In this document: piece by piece, positions 20,153 to 29,743 of the stretch
Layout: each line of letters opens with the position of its first letter
Numbering within the stretch: the stretch's first letter is position 1
Origin: Candidatus Omnitrophota bacterium
GTDB lineage: Bacteria > Omnitrophota > Gorgyraeia > Zapsychrales > Zapsychraceae
Reading direction: 5' to 3'
Length of the DNA stretch: 64,000 bases
Assembly (NCBI GenBank): GCA_050250375.1
Contig: JBFWOS010000001.1
Span: 1,086,361 to 1,150,360 of the forward strand
Translations under genes and position numbers: made by a program
Notes under the pieces: generated by a model
What the model saw: the letters and a program-made list of their open reading frames with translations, nothing else
The model's database searches: none
What the model was told of the DNA's origin: nothing

Positions 20153-21245
20153 CGGGCATCGGTTTGATCCCTTCGGATGAATAGATATGTTTATTTATTT
20201 CAATAATTTTCTTGTCCCAGGCAGCACGGCATGATTTTTTCTGGTTTCCATCACAAACAATCTCATTTTTCATCATACGGTTCCATACCGTGTTCAACTT
20301 TTCCTTGTTGAGATTTCCATAAGAAATCGGCATCAACCCGCAAGGCTGCACTTCCGCATAAGGGCTGATCAAAATTTTCTCAGTTCCGCACGGACAAAAT
20401 TCATTCGTGTAATTGGTGCTGCCGGCCCAGCGGGTATGTGTTTGTTTCCGGATTTCCTGATAAACATTCCATTCTTCCGCATTCAATTCACTGTCTTGTT
20501 GTTTCGACCAGCCGCCGACCCGGGCGGAACAATTCACGTTTATCTTTAAATCAAGATCTTTAGCCAGCTGAACGGCCTGCCAAATCTCGCCGTTCGCAAT
20601 GTTTTTCTTGGTCATAATTGTGCTCAGAATGACCTTAATCCCGGCTTTTTTAAGCAAGGCAATCCCGTTGATTGCCCGCTCATAACACCCTTTTAATTTT
20701 CTAATTTCATCGATCTCATCGGGATTTATCGCCCCGCCCAAGTCAACCTGAATGACGTCCAGCCCGGATTTTTTAAGCTTTGTAACAACGTCTTGGGACA
20801 ATAAATACCCGTTGGTTGACATACCCGCAATCCCATGATTTTTTTTCACACACCGGATGGCGTCATAAATGTGCTTATAAACGAGCGGCTCGCCCCCCAA
20901 AAAGTTAAAAACAACGGCCCCCATTTGAGCCGCCTGTTCAATATAAGACTTTATTTCATCAATACCCATCGGTCTTTGGTGCTGCCGGCTCTCCCGCCCC
21001 TGCGCATTCCGCATGTCAACGGTGGCATCAATACAGCAATGCTCACATTTTGCGTTGCAGGCGGCTGTTATAGAAATATCAACGGCCCGGATAACTCTTT
21101 GCTTGAGGACAAAAATCTTGTAATAATTCTTGATCAAGCGGAATATTAGAAATGGATTTTTTACAATAAAACCAAGATAAAATTTGTAACTCTTAAGTTT
21201 TGTCTTGAAGGCTGATACTTTGGGCTGGTCTTTAACACTGTTCAT
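20088..21245 (-). CDS. Radical SAM/SPASM (or twitch) domain protein, paralog B
   Basis: DISITAACNAKCEHCC. Its N-terminal extension is homologous to that of paralog A (VSAFKTKLKSYKF...KIFVLKQRVIRAVD vs VSKFKNILKHSRI...DLLVLKKKVLRKVD). C-terminal Cys cluster (EFCPCGTE...CGL). Confidence 0.7.
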   Translation of the reverse strand: MNSVKDQPKVSAFKTKLKSYKFYLGFIVKNPFLIFRLIKNYYKIFVLKQRVIRAVDISITAACNAKCEHCCIDATVDMRNAQGRESRQHQRPMGIDEIKSYIEQAAQMGAVVFNFLGGEPLVYKHIYDAIRCVKKNHGIAGMSTNGYLLSQDVVTKLKKSGLDVIQVDLGGAINPDEIDEIRKLKGCYERAINGIALLKKAGIKVILSTIMTKKNIANGEIWQAVQLAKDLDLKINVNCSARVGGWSKQQDSELNAEEWNVYQEIRKQTHTRWAGSTNYTNEFCPCGTEKILISPYAEVQPCGLMPISYGNLNKEKLNTVWNRMMKNEIVCDGNQKKSCRAAWDKKIIEINKHIYSSEGIKPMPVEQIPKEVINGEQVQKHSKAQ

Positions 21246-21485
21246 CGTGCCTCCGGGTTTGATAGGTAGTATAAAAAAACTGACTTTACGTGCCTGTATG
21301 TCCAGTAGACTATTCTATAATTATGATTTTTATAATAGTTATATAAAGTATACCCTTCGAGGTATTCAAAAACAAGCAAAAAATCTCTGGAACTTTTGTC
21401 TGTTTTTATAAAATTGGAAACCTTATTTGAATCTTAACCGCATGCCAATAAATGAGATTTGACTTGTTTGGTCCTGATTGATTAA
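21246..21485 (-). promoter_or_regulatory. AT-rich intergenic region upstream of the 21245->4475 gene string (candidate operon promoter)
   Basis: 240-nt gap, the only sizeable one between 29575 and 4475. Downstream genes have 0-15 nt gaps or overlaps. No boxes verified. Confidence 0.3.
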
Positions 21486-22886
21486 TTAGAGTTTATTTAA
21501 GATCGTTTCTGCGATATTACGGGCTAATATTCCGTTTCCTTTTGGGGTGCAATGCCCGAAATCCCCGGCAAAATTATCAATAAAGATAGCATCATAACCC
21601 TCTTTTTGGACAGCGGCATTAAACACCATTTCATTATCGACAAAAATTATGTTGTTGTCGTGACCAACCAGAGTCTTTAATACGGCGACCTCCCGCCTAG
21701 GATACTGAACCAGAACTAATTTAAGATGGTTTTTGAAGACTTTTTCTTTAAGGATTTTATAATTATGTTTTGTAACAGGATTAAAGGAGCCCGCTTTCGC
21801 CTGCTTAGATTTTATCAAATACTCATTGGCCAACCGTAGATTATCTTGTGTCTCATAAAAGAGTTTCAAGGCTTTGTAAGAATCATGGGTTTCTTGCCTT
21901 TTGGCGCTGTTGGTAAATAACATTTCCGCTTTCTGGGTATCCCCGTCTTTTAAATAGCTCCACCCCAAAGACATGTCAATGTCATTATTGTCGTTGTCTA
22001 ATGATTTAGCCTGAACCAGTACATTAATCGCATCTTTCCACTGTTGATGAATGATATATATCTGGCCTAAGGTAATATACAAGTTCGAATTATTCGGATC
22101 CTTGCTTATCCCTTCTTTCATGACGATTTCAGATTCATTCAGTTTTCCGGCTAAGGCTAAGCATAGACCTAAATTAACATACGTATCTGCATCCCCCGGA
22201 AAATCTTTGAGAGTCTGCCGAAACAATTTCTCCGCATCATTAAATTTTCCTTCAGCAATCATCCCCCAGCCTGTTTCGAAATGAGGGCCATAACCTTCGG
22301 ATACATCCTCAATAATTCTCCGGTAAATAAATTCCAGTTCCTTGGATAAATTCCGGCCGCGGTTCTTGTTTATTTTATTTTGAACGGACAAATACAATAA
22401 ATGGAATAATTTATAAACCCTTAAATCTTTCGCCGCACCTTTGAAATACACTCCGATGTCATTCTTAAATTCAACGCGATCATCGGCAAAATCATTTATC
22501 CCCATCATAACGATAACCATGTCCGGTTTATAACTATTAAGGTACTCGTCCAATTTTGTCAGGATATAAGATGTTGTAATTCCCGGAATACCTTTGTTAA
22601 TCGTTCGGAATTGGATATCCGGTCTTTTCTCATTCAGAATTTTTTCGAGCTGTTTCGGATAGGAAAATTCTCCCCCCAAAGCTGTTGACGATTCCCCCAA
22701 ACATAAAATTTTATATGTACCCCCCTCACTCAGATTTTTCTTATTCTGAAGATCCTGGGAAAAAATGTATACAACTCCTCCCAAACGTAAACCGACCTCA
22801 AGCAGCACGAATAAAAATATCAGACTGCCGACAATCAACAGAAATTTTTGTCTCATGTCTTTACTCCCGTCCCCCGCGGATGACAA
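21486..22886 (-). CDS. TM-anchored SGNH/GDSL hydrolase with inserted TPR domain (paralog 4)
   Basis: YKILCLGESSTALGG, MMGINDF, TPR-like region, FAGDFGHCT (DxxH). Closest paralog of 5682-7058. Confidence 0.7.
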   Translation of the reverse strand: MSSAGDGSKDMRQKFLLIVGSLIFLFVLLEVGLRLGGVVYIFSQDLQNKKNLSEGGTYKILCLGESSTALGGEFSYPKQLEKILNEKRPDIQFRTINKGIPGITTSYILTKLDEYLNSYKPDMVIVMMGINDFADDRVEFKNDIGVYFKGAAKDLRVYKLFHLLYLSVQNKINKNRGRNLSKELEFIYRRIIEDVSEGYGPHFETGWGMIAEGKFNDAEKLFRQTLKDFPGDADTYVNLGLCLALAGKLNESEIVMKEGISKDPNNSNLYITLGQIYIIHQQWKDAINVLVQAKSLDNDNNDIDMSLGWSYLKDGDTQKAEMLFTNSAKRQETHDSYKALKLFYETQDNLRLANEYLIKSKQAKAGSFNPVTKHNYKILKEKVFKNHLKLVLVQYPRREVAVLKTLVGHDNNIIFVDNEMVFNAAVQKEGYDAIFIDNFAGDFGHCTPKGNGILARNIAETILNKL

Positions 22887-24207
22887 CCTCGATTAACTCG
22901 GAATTTTCAAGATACCGGGAGGTTTTATTTGTTTGCGGGTCAACCTTTCTTAATTGCGATATCTCTTTGACTATTCCAACTCCCCTGGCAAACCACGCTG
23001 TGCTAGTCGTTATATCGTACGTGCCGTCAGACTCAACCCATTTGTCATAATACTCGACTCTTATGCAACCCATAAATCTTCCGGCCTTGACCGTTACATC
23101 TTCTACGCCGGTAATTTTAAACTCGATTCTTCCTTCCGCAATGACACTTCCTTGTGAAAAGTCATCTGGTCTTGAATATTTCGAAAAAAATGCTTTCAAA
23201 ACATTAAATGACAAATCGGGAAGAATGTTACTCGGAGGGTCATAGATCTCCGAATTCCCTTCGTCAAATTCTTTATATTTTCGAATACCTGTCTCGTCAT
23301 AAGCAAAACACTTATATCCTTCTTGCGAAAAATAGACTTTCCACGTATCCTGCCCTCCAATATTTTCCCTGCCCCGGATTTGAAACTTGCGGATAAAACT
23401 ATTTTGATTCGAATCATCCACCCGGTAAACCCACCTATTCCCTTCATATAGAGGGTAATACTCGCTGGCTTTAAATTCACGTCCGGCATATTCAGAAGTC
23501 TCCTGGTCGTGTTCTTGCACGGAAACCGCAACTAGAGCTCCTGCCAAAACGAAAATCAGGATTGGAATGATTTTTAGCCAATTCATCTTTCTTATTTTTC
23601 GCATGAACAATATTCTTCTTAACGACCGGAGAATAATCAAACCATTAATAGATAAGAAAACCGGGAAATGATTTAGTTCATGATCATAATAGGTTATCCA
23701 GAATCCAAAAAGCAAACAGTTTCCGCCGATCGTATGCAGCAGGGACCACTTTTTTATTCCAAGCTCTTTTTGGGATCTGTCGTTTGACGTCAGCGCCATC
23801 CCCCCGGTAAACACGATGGCAATAACTCCCAGGATGTACTCCGGAATCGTCGTGTCTTTAATAAAAAACGGCGTGTCATAAACCATCTTTAAAAATAATC
23901 CGAAGAAATGGATAAAGAAAAATACGGAAAAAGCGATTCCAAAATATTTGCGTTGACGCAGTATCCAGTGTGTAAATTGATTAGGAAGAAAATAGCAGGC
24001 TGTTGAAGCCCCGAAGCTCAGCATAAACATTATTAACATGCTCTCTCCGGTTATTTTTAAAAACTTGTAGATTGTGTCAAGATTGTATTCGCCGAAAAAA
24101 ATAATGCCCGCGCTAAGCAAGGAAACAAAAATCGGCATAAAAATACTCATCCGGACTAATTTTGTATCGGACCAAACCTTCTTTTCCTGCAGACCATTCT
24201 TTGTCAT
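22861..24207 (-). CDS. Membrane protein: N-terminal ~6-TM domain with paired His (possible ferric-reductase/MsrQ-like heme b domain) plus C-terminal extracytoplasmic domain
   Basis: Helices contain FTHWILRQRKYF...FFIHFFG and LLHTIGGNCLLF...YYDHEL (His pairs spaced as in di-heme b proteins). After the last TM there is a ~220-aa beta-rich soluble domain. Confidence 0.3.
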   Translation of the reverse strand: MTKNGLQEKKVWSDTKLVRMSIFMPIFVSLLSAGIIFFGEYNLDTIYKFLKITGESMLIMFMLSFGASTACYFLPNQFTHWILRQRKYFGIAFSVFFFIHFFGLFLKMVYDTPFFIKDTTIPEYILGVIAIVFTGGMALTSNDRSQKELGIKKWSLLHTIGGNCLLFGFWITYYDHELNHFPVFLSINGLIILRSLRRILFMRKIRKMNWLKIIPILIFVLAGALVAVSVQEHDQETSEYAGREFKASEYYPLYEGNRWVYRVDDSNQNSFIRKFQIRGRENIGGQDTWKVYFSQEGYKCFAYDETGIRKYKEFDEGNSEIYDPPSNILPDLSFNVLKAFFSKYSRPDDFSQGSVIAEGRIEFKITGVEDVTVKAGRFMGCIRVEYYDKWVESDGTYDITTSTAWFARGVGIVKEISQLRKVDPQTNKTSRYLENSELIEVVIRGGRE

Positions 24208-24209
24208 TT

Positions 24210-25961
24210 TTACCAGCCGCTGGTGGGATTATAAAAAGAAAAATCGTTGAGCAGCCGCATATCCTGCCAAAAACTGTATATCAAAAACAATCCCACAATT
24301 ATTTTCAGGATTCTTTTAAACATTAACGGTTGCTGTTCAACATAAATCATCATGACAATCAACAACGGTGGAACTATCTGGGTCAAATGGTTCGTCTGTT
24401 TCCAGTCTACAATTGAAAAGAGGATTGCTCCGGAAAAAATCCAGGCGGCAAACAAAGAAACATATCGACCGGGAAATTTTATCAGACAAAAAATAAGAGT
24501 AAATACGGTTATGGGAAGATACGGGAATTCAAATTTAAATTCCAGCCATAGCCGTAAGAACCCGGGATAATCTTCAGCAAACAGGGTATTATGATGGAAG
24601 AGCCGATCAAACAGATGGACTTTCACATGCGATAGAATAAACGCATGATAATCAATCACCATCCCGTATACCCAGAACAGAACCGACCCCAGGGCAAATC
24701 CGATCGGTATAACTGATCGTTCCTTTAAACTTTTCAAAAACCCTTTCTCTTTCCTCTCTTTACGCGATTGGTACACTTGAATCAAGAACAGGGGCAAGAC
24801 CAAAACAACAATCTTCTGGTTGATCAAACCGGACAGGACTCCGGGAATATATTTCAGAAACTTCAGAGACCATTTTGAATTTTCCCATATCTCCGGACGG
24901 AAATATTGATAGGCCAGCACGACCATTAAACAATTCGTAAACGCCACATGCTCTGATAGACAGGATCTGACAAAGATGGCCGGGGTAAAAATATAGGCAT
25001 ATCCCCCGACAATTCCCAACAACCTGGACTGGGTTAAACCGGTGATCAACTTATACAAAATAAAGAAAACCAGAAGGCTCGCAAAAATATTGGATGCTCT
25101 CGCCGGGAATACATTCGGCCGGGAGAAAAAATGATTTTGGTCTTGCCAATTGATATATTCGATCAATCCCGTTTTTGTATAGGAATAATCAACCAGGTCA
25201 TTCCCGGACAGCTTCTTCAGCGTAAAATATTGCCCGTTAAAATTTCTTAAGTGAACTGTTTCACCCATAAATTCTGCCGTTGCTTCTTCCCCGGGAGACA
25301 ACTTAAGAACCTTTTCAGTCAGCACGGCTGAATCATAAAAATATTTATAATCATCCGTTTTATCCAGAAGAAATATGCTAAACGCGTTAAATAAATTTGT
25401 CATCGGCGGATGGGCAAAATAAAACGCCGACCCGATAAAATCATCACTAGTCAAATACGGTTTTAACTCATGAATCAAGCCATAGGCTGTCCCCTGATGC
25501 TCACCATCGAGGTCCAGTTTTTCCGGGATCGTCTTCATTCCCACAAAAATGCAGCTAAATATACAAACCAACGATAACCATAGGATGAGCGTTTCCTTGT
25601 AATCATAGCGAAACGTCTGAAAAACTTCCGCAGGGCGAGTTAGGATGATGCCGAGATTAACGATCATGCCCGTCAGCAGAAGAAAATGAACCGGCTTAGG
25701 GTTAATTCCGGCCGCCAAAAATCCGATTAGAATTATTGTCAGCACAGAGAAAGAAAAGACAAAAATAAAAAACACCAGAAAAACGCTGTCTTTGACATGT
25801 TTCTTTATCAGTCCGATCCAGGCCAGTCCGGGGACAATGTATATCACGGCGGTAACAACCAACGCTGATAAGAAATCACCCGCCTCTGTGTATAAAATCA
25901 AAATATTACTAAACAGGAACAAGTTACATAACAAGGCAATATGCCGGTTTCTGATAAACAT
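24210..25961 (-). CDS. Polytopic integral membrane protein (>=12 TM), possible GT-C-type glycosyltransferase or polymerase/ligase
   Basis: 583 aa, hydrophobic throughout, no soluble domain recognisable. Sits in the glycan locus. Confidence 0.35.
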   Translation of the reverse strand: MFIRNRHIALLCNLFLFSNILILYTEAGDFLSALVVTAVIYIVPGLAWIGLIKKHVKDSVFLVFFIFVFSFSVLTIILIGFLAAGINPKPVHFLLLTGMIVNLGIILTRPAEVFQTFRYDYKETLILWLSLVCIFSCIFVGMKTIPEKLDLDGEHQGTAYGLIHELKPYLTSDDFIGSAFYFAHPPMTNLFNAFSIFLLDKTDDYKYFYDSAVLTEKVLKLSPGEEATAEFMGETVHLRNFNGQYFTLKKLSGNDLVDYSYTKTGLIEYINWQDQNHFFSRPNVFPARASNIFASLLVFFILYKLITGLTQSRLLGIVGGYAYIFTPAIFVRSCLSEHVAFTNCLMVVLAYQYFRPEIWENSKWSLKFLKYIPGVLSGLINQKIVVLVLPLFLIQVYQSRKERKEKGFLKSLKERSVIPIGFALGSVLFWVYGMVIDYHAFILSHVKVHLFDRLFHHNTLFAEDYPGFLRLWLEFKFEFPYLPITVFTLIFCLIKFPGRYVSLFAAWIFSGAILFSIVDWKQTNHLTQIVPPLLIVMMIYVEQQPLMFKRILKIIVGLFLIYSFWQDMRLLNDFSFYNPTSGW

Positions 25962-25965
25962 AAGC

Positions 25966-26742
25966 TTAATAAATTTTCCTGATAATAAGGTTAGTCAAGC
26001 CGGGTGACAACCGGTTTAACAAATATAGCGGTATACACTTTTTTCCGATGACGACCATTTTTTTGTTCTTTTCAATGGCCGTCAGAATGGCCTGTGCAAC
26101 GGTGTCGGCACTGATCCCTGTTCTTTTATGTTGATACGGTTCATCACGGTACAAAACGTTTGGTTCGAATTCCGTTTCAACTTTCCCAGGACAGACCAAA
26201 ATAACCCGGATATTATCTTTCCTTGCATCTTCAGCCAGCGATTCGGTCAATCCGTTGACAGCAAACTTGGAAGACGAATACAATCCGCAATCATAAAATC
26301 CTTTGATTCCCGCCACCGAAGAAACATTCAGGATAACTCCTCCTCTCCGTTTCTTCATATATGGATAAACGGCACGGGTACAATACAATACTCCGTACAA
26401 ATTCGTAGCCAGCATGTCCCGATACAAATCCATCGGGCCCGTGATGATCGACCCCTTAAATCCCACACCGGCATTATTAATCAAGACATCCACTTGTCCG
26501 TATTTCCGGATCACTTGTTCCACCAAGTGCTGAACCTGATCTTCCTTCCCGACATCAGCCGGGATGACCATCGTATCACCACCGGTTAATTTACCTGCGA
26601 CAGCGTCAAGTTTATCTTTTCGGCGGGAAACAAGTACAACCCTGGCGCCTTTCTGGGATAACAACCCTGCACAGCTTTGTCCGATCCCCGAGGATGCACC
26701 TGTCACAATGACCACCTTGTTAGTAAAATCATATTTTTTCAT
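25966..26742 (-). CDS. Short-chain dehydrogenase/reductase (SDR) family oxidoreductase
   Basis: VVIVTGASSGIGQS (TGxxxGxG NAD(P)-binding motif). 258 aa. 4-nt overlap with the upstream DegT gene. Confidence 0.85.
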   Translation of the reverse strand: MKKYDFTNKVVIVTGASSGIGQSCAGLLSQKGARVVLVSRRKDKLDAVAGKLTGGDTMVIPADVGKEDQVQHLVEQVIRKYGQVDVLINNAGVGFKGSIITGPMDLYRDMLATNLYGVLYCTRAVYPYMKKRRGGVILNVSSVAGIKGFYDCGLYSSSKFAVNGLTESLAEDARKDNIRVILVCPGKVETEFEPNVLYRDEPYQHKRTGISADTVAQAILTAIEKNKKMVVIGKKCIPLYLLNRLSPGLTNLIIRKIY

Positions 26743-28055
26743 GAAAACTCCATCGGCTTGTTCATCGCCGGATAACCAAAATATTCTCTTATCACATTTG
26801 CCTGATAATAAATATCTTCATCCGATAAAAACTGTGAACACGGCAGCTCAATGATCTTTTCATCAACCAACTTCATTTGCGGATAACTTTCCTCATCATT
26901 TAAGAGCTCCGCGCAGTTACGCATGGACGATTCTTTCGAATCAATTCCTCTTAACAACAAATGCGTTCGGATCGCTTTTTTAAGAGGAGTAATTATATTA
27001 AACGACAACGCGATATGCTCCCTGTTTTCAACAATCGGTATCAGACCAATCTCTTTAACATCTTTCAGAAGATTTTCTAAAAGTTTTGCTTTAACGACGC
27101 GCCGGTCATTTGTTTCATCCAGCCTGGCCAGTTGGGAAAGCCCAAGTTGGGCTTGAAAGACTGTATACGGACTGATTTTGCTTTTGGAACGCGCATCCGC
27201 CGGGGTATATTTATCGCCTGTCAAGCGTTCAATCGGATCAAACTGAAACAAGTTAGAAAGAACGAGCCAGGGGTAGACAAAGAGCGAAAATAACAGCCGG
27301 TTCGTCAATGTTATCTGAAGTAATGATTTTAGATAATACCGGTAGCTTTTCAGCCGTTTATAGTCTCCGTGTACTCCATCCAGAATCTCTTTAAACTTAA
27401 AGAATCGCTTATTGTCTTTGCAGACGATCATTCCCCCGCCGAGTGTAACCAGACATTTTCCCGTTCCAAAACTGAACATTCCGAAATCCCCGAAACTTCC
27501 AATTTTCCGCCCCCTTTTTTCAGCCCCGCAGGCATGAGCTGCATCTTCAATAAGGATCAAATCATGCTTCATACAAATCGTTTGGATTTCCTGGATTTCA
27601 GCCGCACGGCCGAATAAATGGGTAACAACAATACCCCGGGTTTTAGGAGTGATTTTTTTCTCGATCATTCTGGAATCTATATTCAGAGTCTCCGAGTCGA
27701 TGTCTACAAATACCGGCTTCAACCCCTTACTCTTAAGCATGATCGGCATCACATGATAATTATAGGCCGCGAGAATGATCTCATCTCCCTGACACAGTCC
27801 GAGAGAATCGAGTAAACACGAAAAACCCTCCCGGACAGACGAAACGGCAGATGCATGCGGTACGCCGATATACTCTGCAAACCTTGTCTCGAATTCCAGA
27901 ATCTTGTCCGTTTTGTTCCTTGCTAAAAAAGATCCGCCCACGGATTTCAGATCTGCTTTGGAATAGGACACCAACCGTCTTGGAATGATTTTCAATTTTA
28001 CCCTTGTGTTTGTTTGATTAAATAATTTTTGATTCGATTTGGAAAACTCATTCAA
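26739..28055 (-). CDS. DegT/DnrJ/EryC1/StrS family PLP-dependent sugar aminotransferase (or dehydratase) with C-terminal extension
   Basis: LIEDAAHACGAEKRGRKIGSFGDFGMFSFGTGKCLVTLGGGMIV matches the family signature (EDAAqA.GA...G..G...FSF...K....GEGG) with the PLP lysine. Confidence 0.75.
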   Translation of the reverse strand: MNEFSKSNQKLFNQTNTRVKLKIIPRRLVSYSKADLKSVGGSFLARNKTDKILEFETRFAEYIGVPHASAVSSVREGFSCLLDSLGLCQGDEIILAAYNYHVMPIMLKSKGLKPVFVDIDSETLNIDSRMIEKKITPKTRGIVVTHLFGRAAEIQEIQTICMKHDLILIEDAAHACGAEKRGRKIGSFGDFGMFSFGTGKCLVTLGGGMIVCKDNKRFFKFKEILDGVHGDYKRLKSYRYYLKSLLQITLTNRLLFSLFVYPWLVLSNLFQFDPIERLTGDKYTPADARSKSKISPYTVFQAQLGLSQLARLDETNDRRVVKAKLLENLLKDVKEIGLIPIVENREHIALSFNIITPLKKAIRTHLLLRGIDSKESSMRNCAELLNDEESYPQMKLVDEKIIELPCSQFLSDEDIYYQANVIREYFGYPAMNKPMEFS

Positions 28056-28066
28056 AACTTTTTAAG

Positions 28067-29575
28067 TTATGATCTTACGGGCATCGGACTGACAACACCG
28101 ACAGAATTTTCCATCTTTTCATTCTCTCCATGAATTAAAAACATAATTCCGTCTTTGACAAGCTTTAAACTCCCCGGAGAATTACTCAGATAATATGGCA
28201 GATAGTTATAGAGATGTGAAAACACAAAAGAAGGCCTGAATAATATTTTTTTATAGAATACCCGTTGGATCTTTTTGAGAGCGGATAAATCTATTTGGCT
28301 CAAATTAACAATCGGCTTCAAGTAATGATGCGGAGATTGTAATTCTGAACTTTTGTCTGAATACCGTTTATAATCCACCGATCCGGGATAAAGTGTGAAA
28401 AAATGGACTTTTACCAGATTCGGCTGGATTTCCTGGCATAAGTCTATACTTTGCTGGATATCATGCTCTGATTCCGTTGGGCTCCCGACGATAAACATCG
28501 CGCACGAAGCGATTCCTGCCCGTCTTACATTATCAAACGCTTCCTTGACCTTTTGCCTCCAACCTGCCTGAAAAGAAGCTTTATGCAGCACATTCACGAT
28601 TTTTTGGGAACCCGATTCAATCCCGAACAAGAGCAGTTCGCAACCGGCATTTTTCATCACGGTTAATAATTCGGGAGGAACCTCATCAACGCGCGCATGA
28701 CAGGCCCATTTGATTTTAAGATTACGCCTGACAATCTCTTCACAAATTTTTGTAACATGATCTTTATTAAGTACAAAATCGTCGTCCTCAAAAGAAACCA
28801 CGTTAACGCCTATCCGGGTCAGCCGTTCTATCTCTTCAACCACTTTTTCCGGGCTGCGGGTTCTCAGCTTACGCCCGTAACTCTTTCTTACTGTCGGTGA
28901 ACAAAATGTACAGGCATGCGGACAGCCTCGTGATGTGGAGATGTATCCCGACACCATTTTTTGTGAAACCCGCATGGGATAAATATATGGGTACTTCGTC
29001 AATTCATCTTTACTCCAATCCAGGACCGGCAATTCGTCAATGTCATCTAACTGAATCAATTCATTACTTTTTATCTGGTTATAGTATGCTTTGACTGACT
29101 CAAAATCTTCCGGTGAATTTAAACGGTTAATCAGCGCATTTAATTCGATTTCAAACTCACCCCGGATAATCACGTCAAATAATTCCGGCAGGCTCAAATA
29201 AAACCGGTGTTTTTCAGAGACATCCGACCCGACCGCAACAATCGGCAAAGCCTTCTTTTTCTTAATTTTTCGGCACAATTCGATGGCGGCCTCAGATGAC
29301 GGTGAACCAATGGATACAACTATTAGATCAATTGCCTGCTGTTGAATTTGGTCCATAAGTCCATCAAAAGTCGGAGGATCAACCCAATAATCCAAAAGAG
29401 TAATATTATATTGACCTTGGTCCTGTAAAATCTTCTGAGCATATTTTAAAGGCAGGCAAGGCGCATAATGAACCGGATGCTTAATCTTTTTTCGATGGGA
29501 GTTCCCTGCCCGTATAAGAAGAATATTTTGATATTTTAGGACGGTGTTATTTATTGGTTTCATGTTCGAAATCAT
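28067..29575 (-). CDS. B12-binding domain radical SAM protein
   Basis: STSRGCPHACTFCSPTVRKSYG. N-terminal B12-binding-like domain. Confidence 0.8.
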   Translation of the reverse strand: MISNMKPINNTVLKYQNILLIRAGNSHRKKIKHPVHYAPCLPLKYAQKILQDQGQYNITLLDYWVDPPTFDGLMDQIQQQAIDLIVVSIGSPSSEAAIELCRKIKKKKALPIVAVGSDVSEKHRFYLSLPELFDVIIRGEFEIELNALINRLNSPEDFESVKAYYNQIKSNELIQLDDIDELPVLDWSKDELTKYPYIYPMRVSQKMVSGYISTSRGCPHACTFCSPTVRKSYGRKLRTRSPEKVVEEIERLTRIGVNVVSFEDDDFVLNKDHVTKICEEIVRRNLKIKWACHARVDEVPPELLTVMKNAGCELLLFGIESGSQKIVNVLHKASFQAGWRQKVKEAFDNVRRAGIASCAMFIVGSPTESEHDIQQSIDLCQEIQPNLVKVHFFTLYPGSVDYKRYSDKSSELQSPHHYLKPIVNLSQIDLSALKKIQRVFYKKILFRPSFVFSHLYNYLPYYLSNSPGSLKLVKDGIMFLIHGENEKMENSVGVVSPMPVRS

Positions 29576-29743
29576 TCATAACCCTTTGGAAATGATAAAT
29601 TAAAGACACATACACTATTAGGCGCGGAACAAATAATATTCGCTAAGTCTTTTATTTTGAATACTTTTGCATTTCAATAATAACACATTATCCCGGTTAT
29701 TTCATCAAGATTTTTAGGACGGATGGTCCTTTCCACAAATCAA

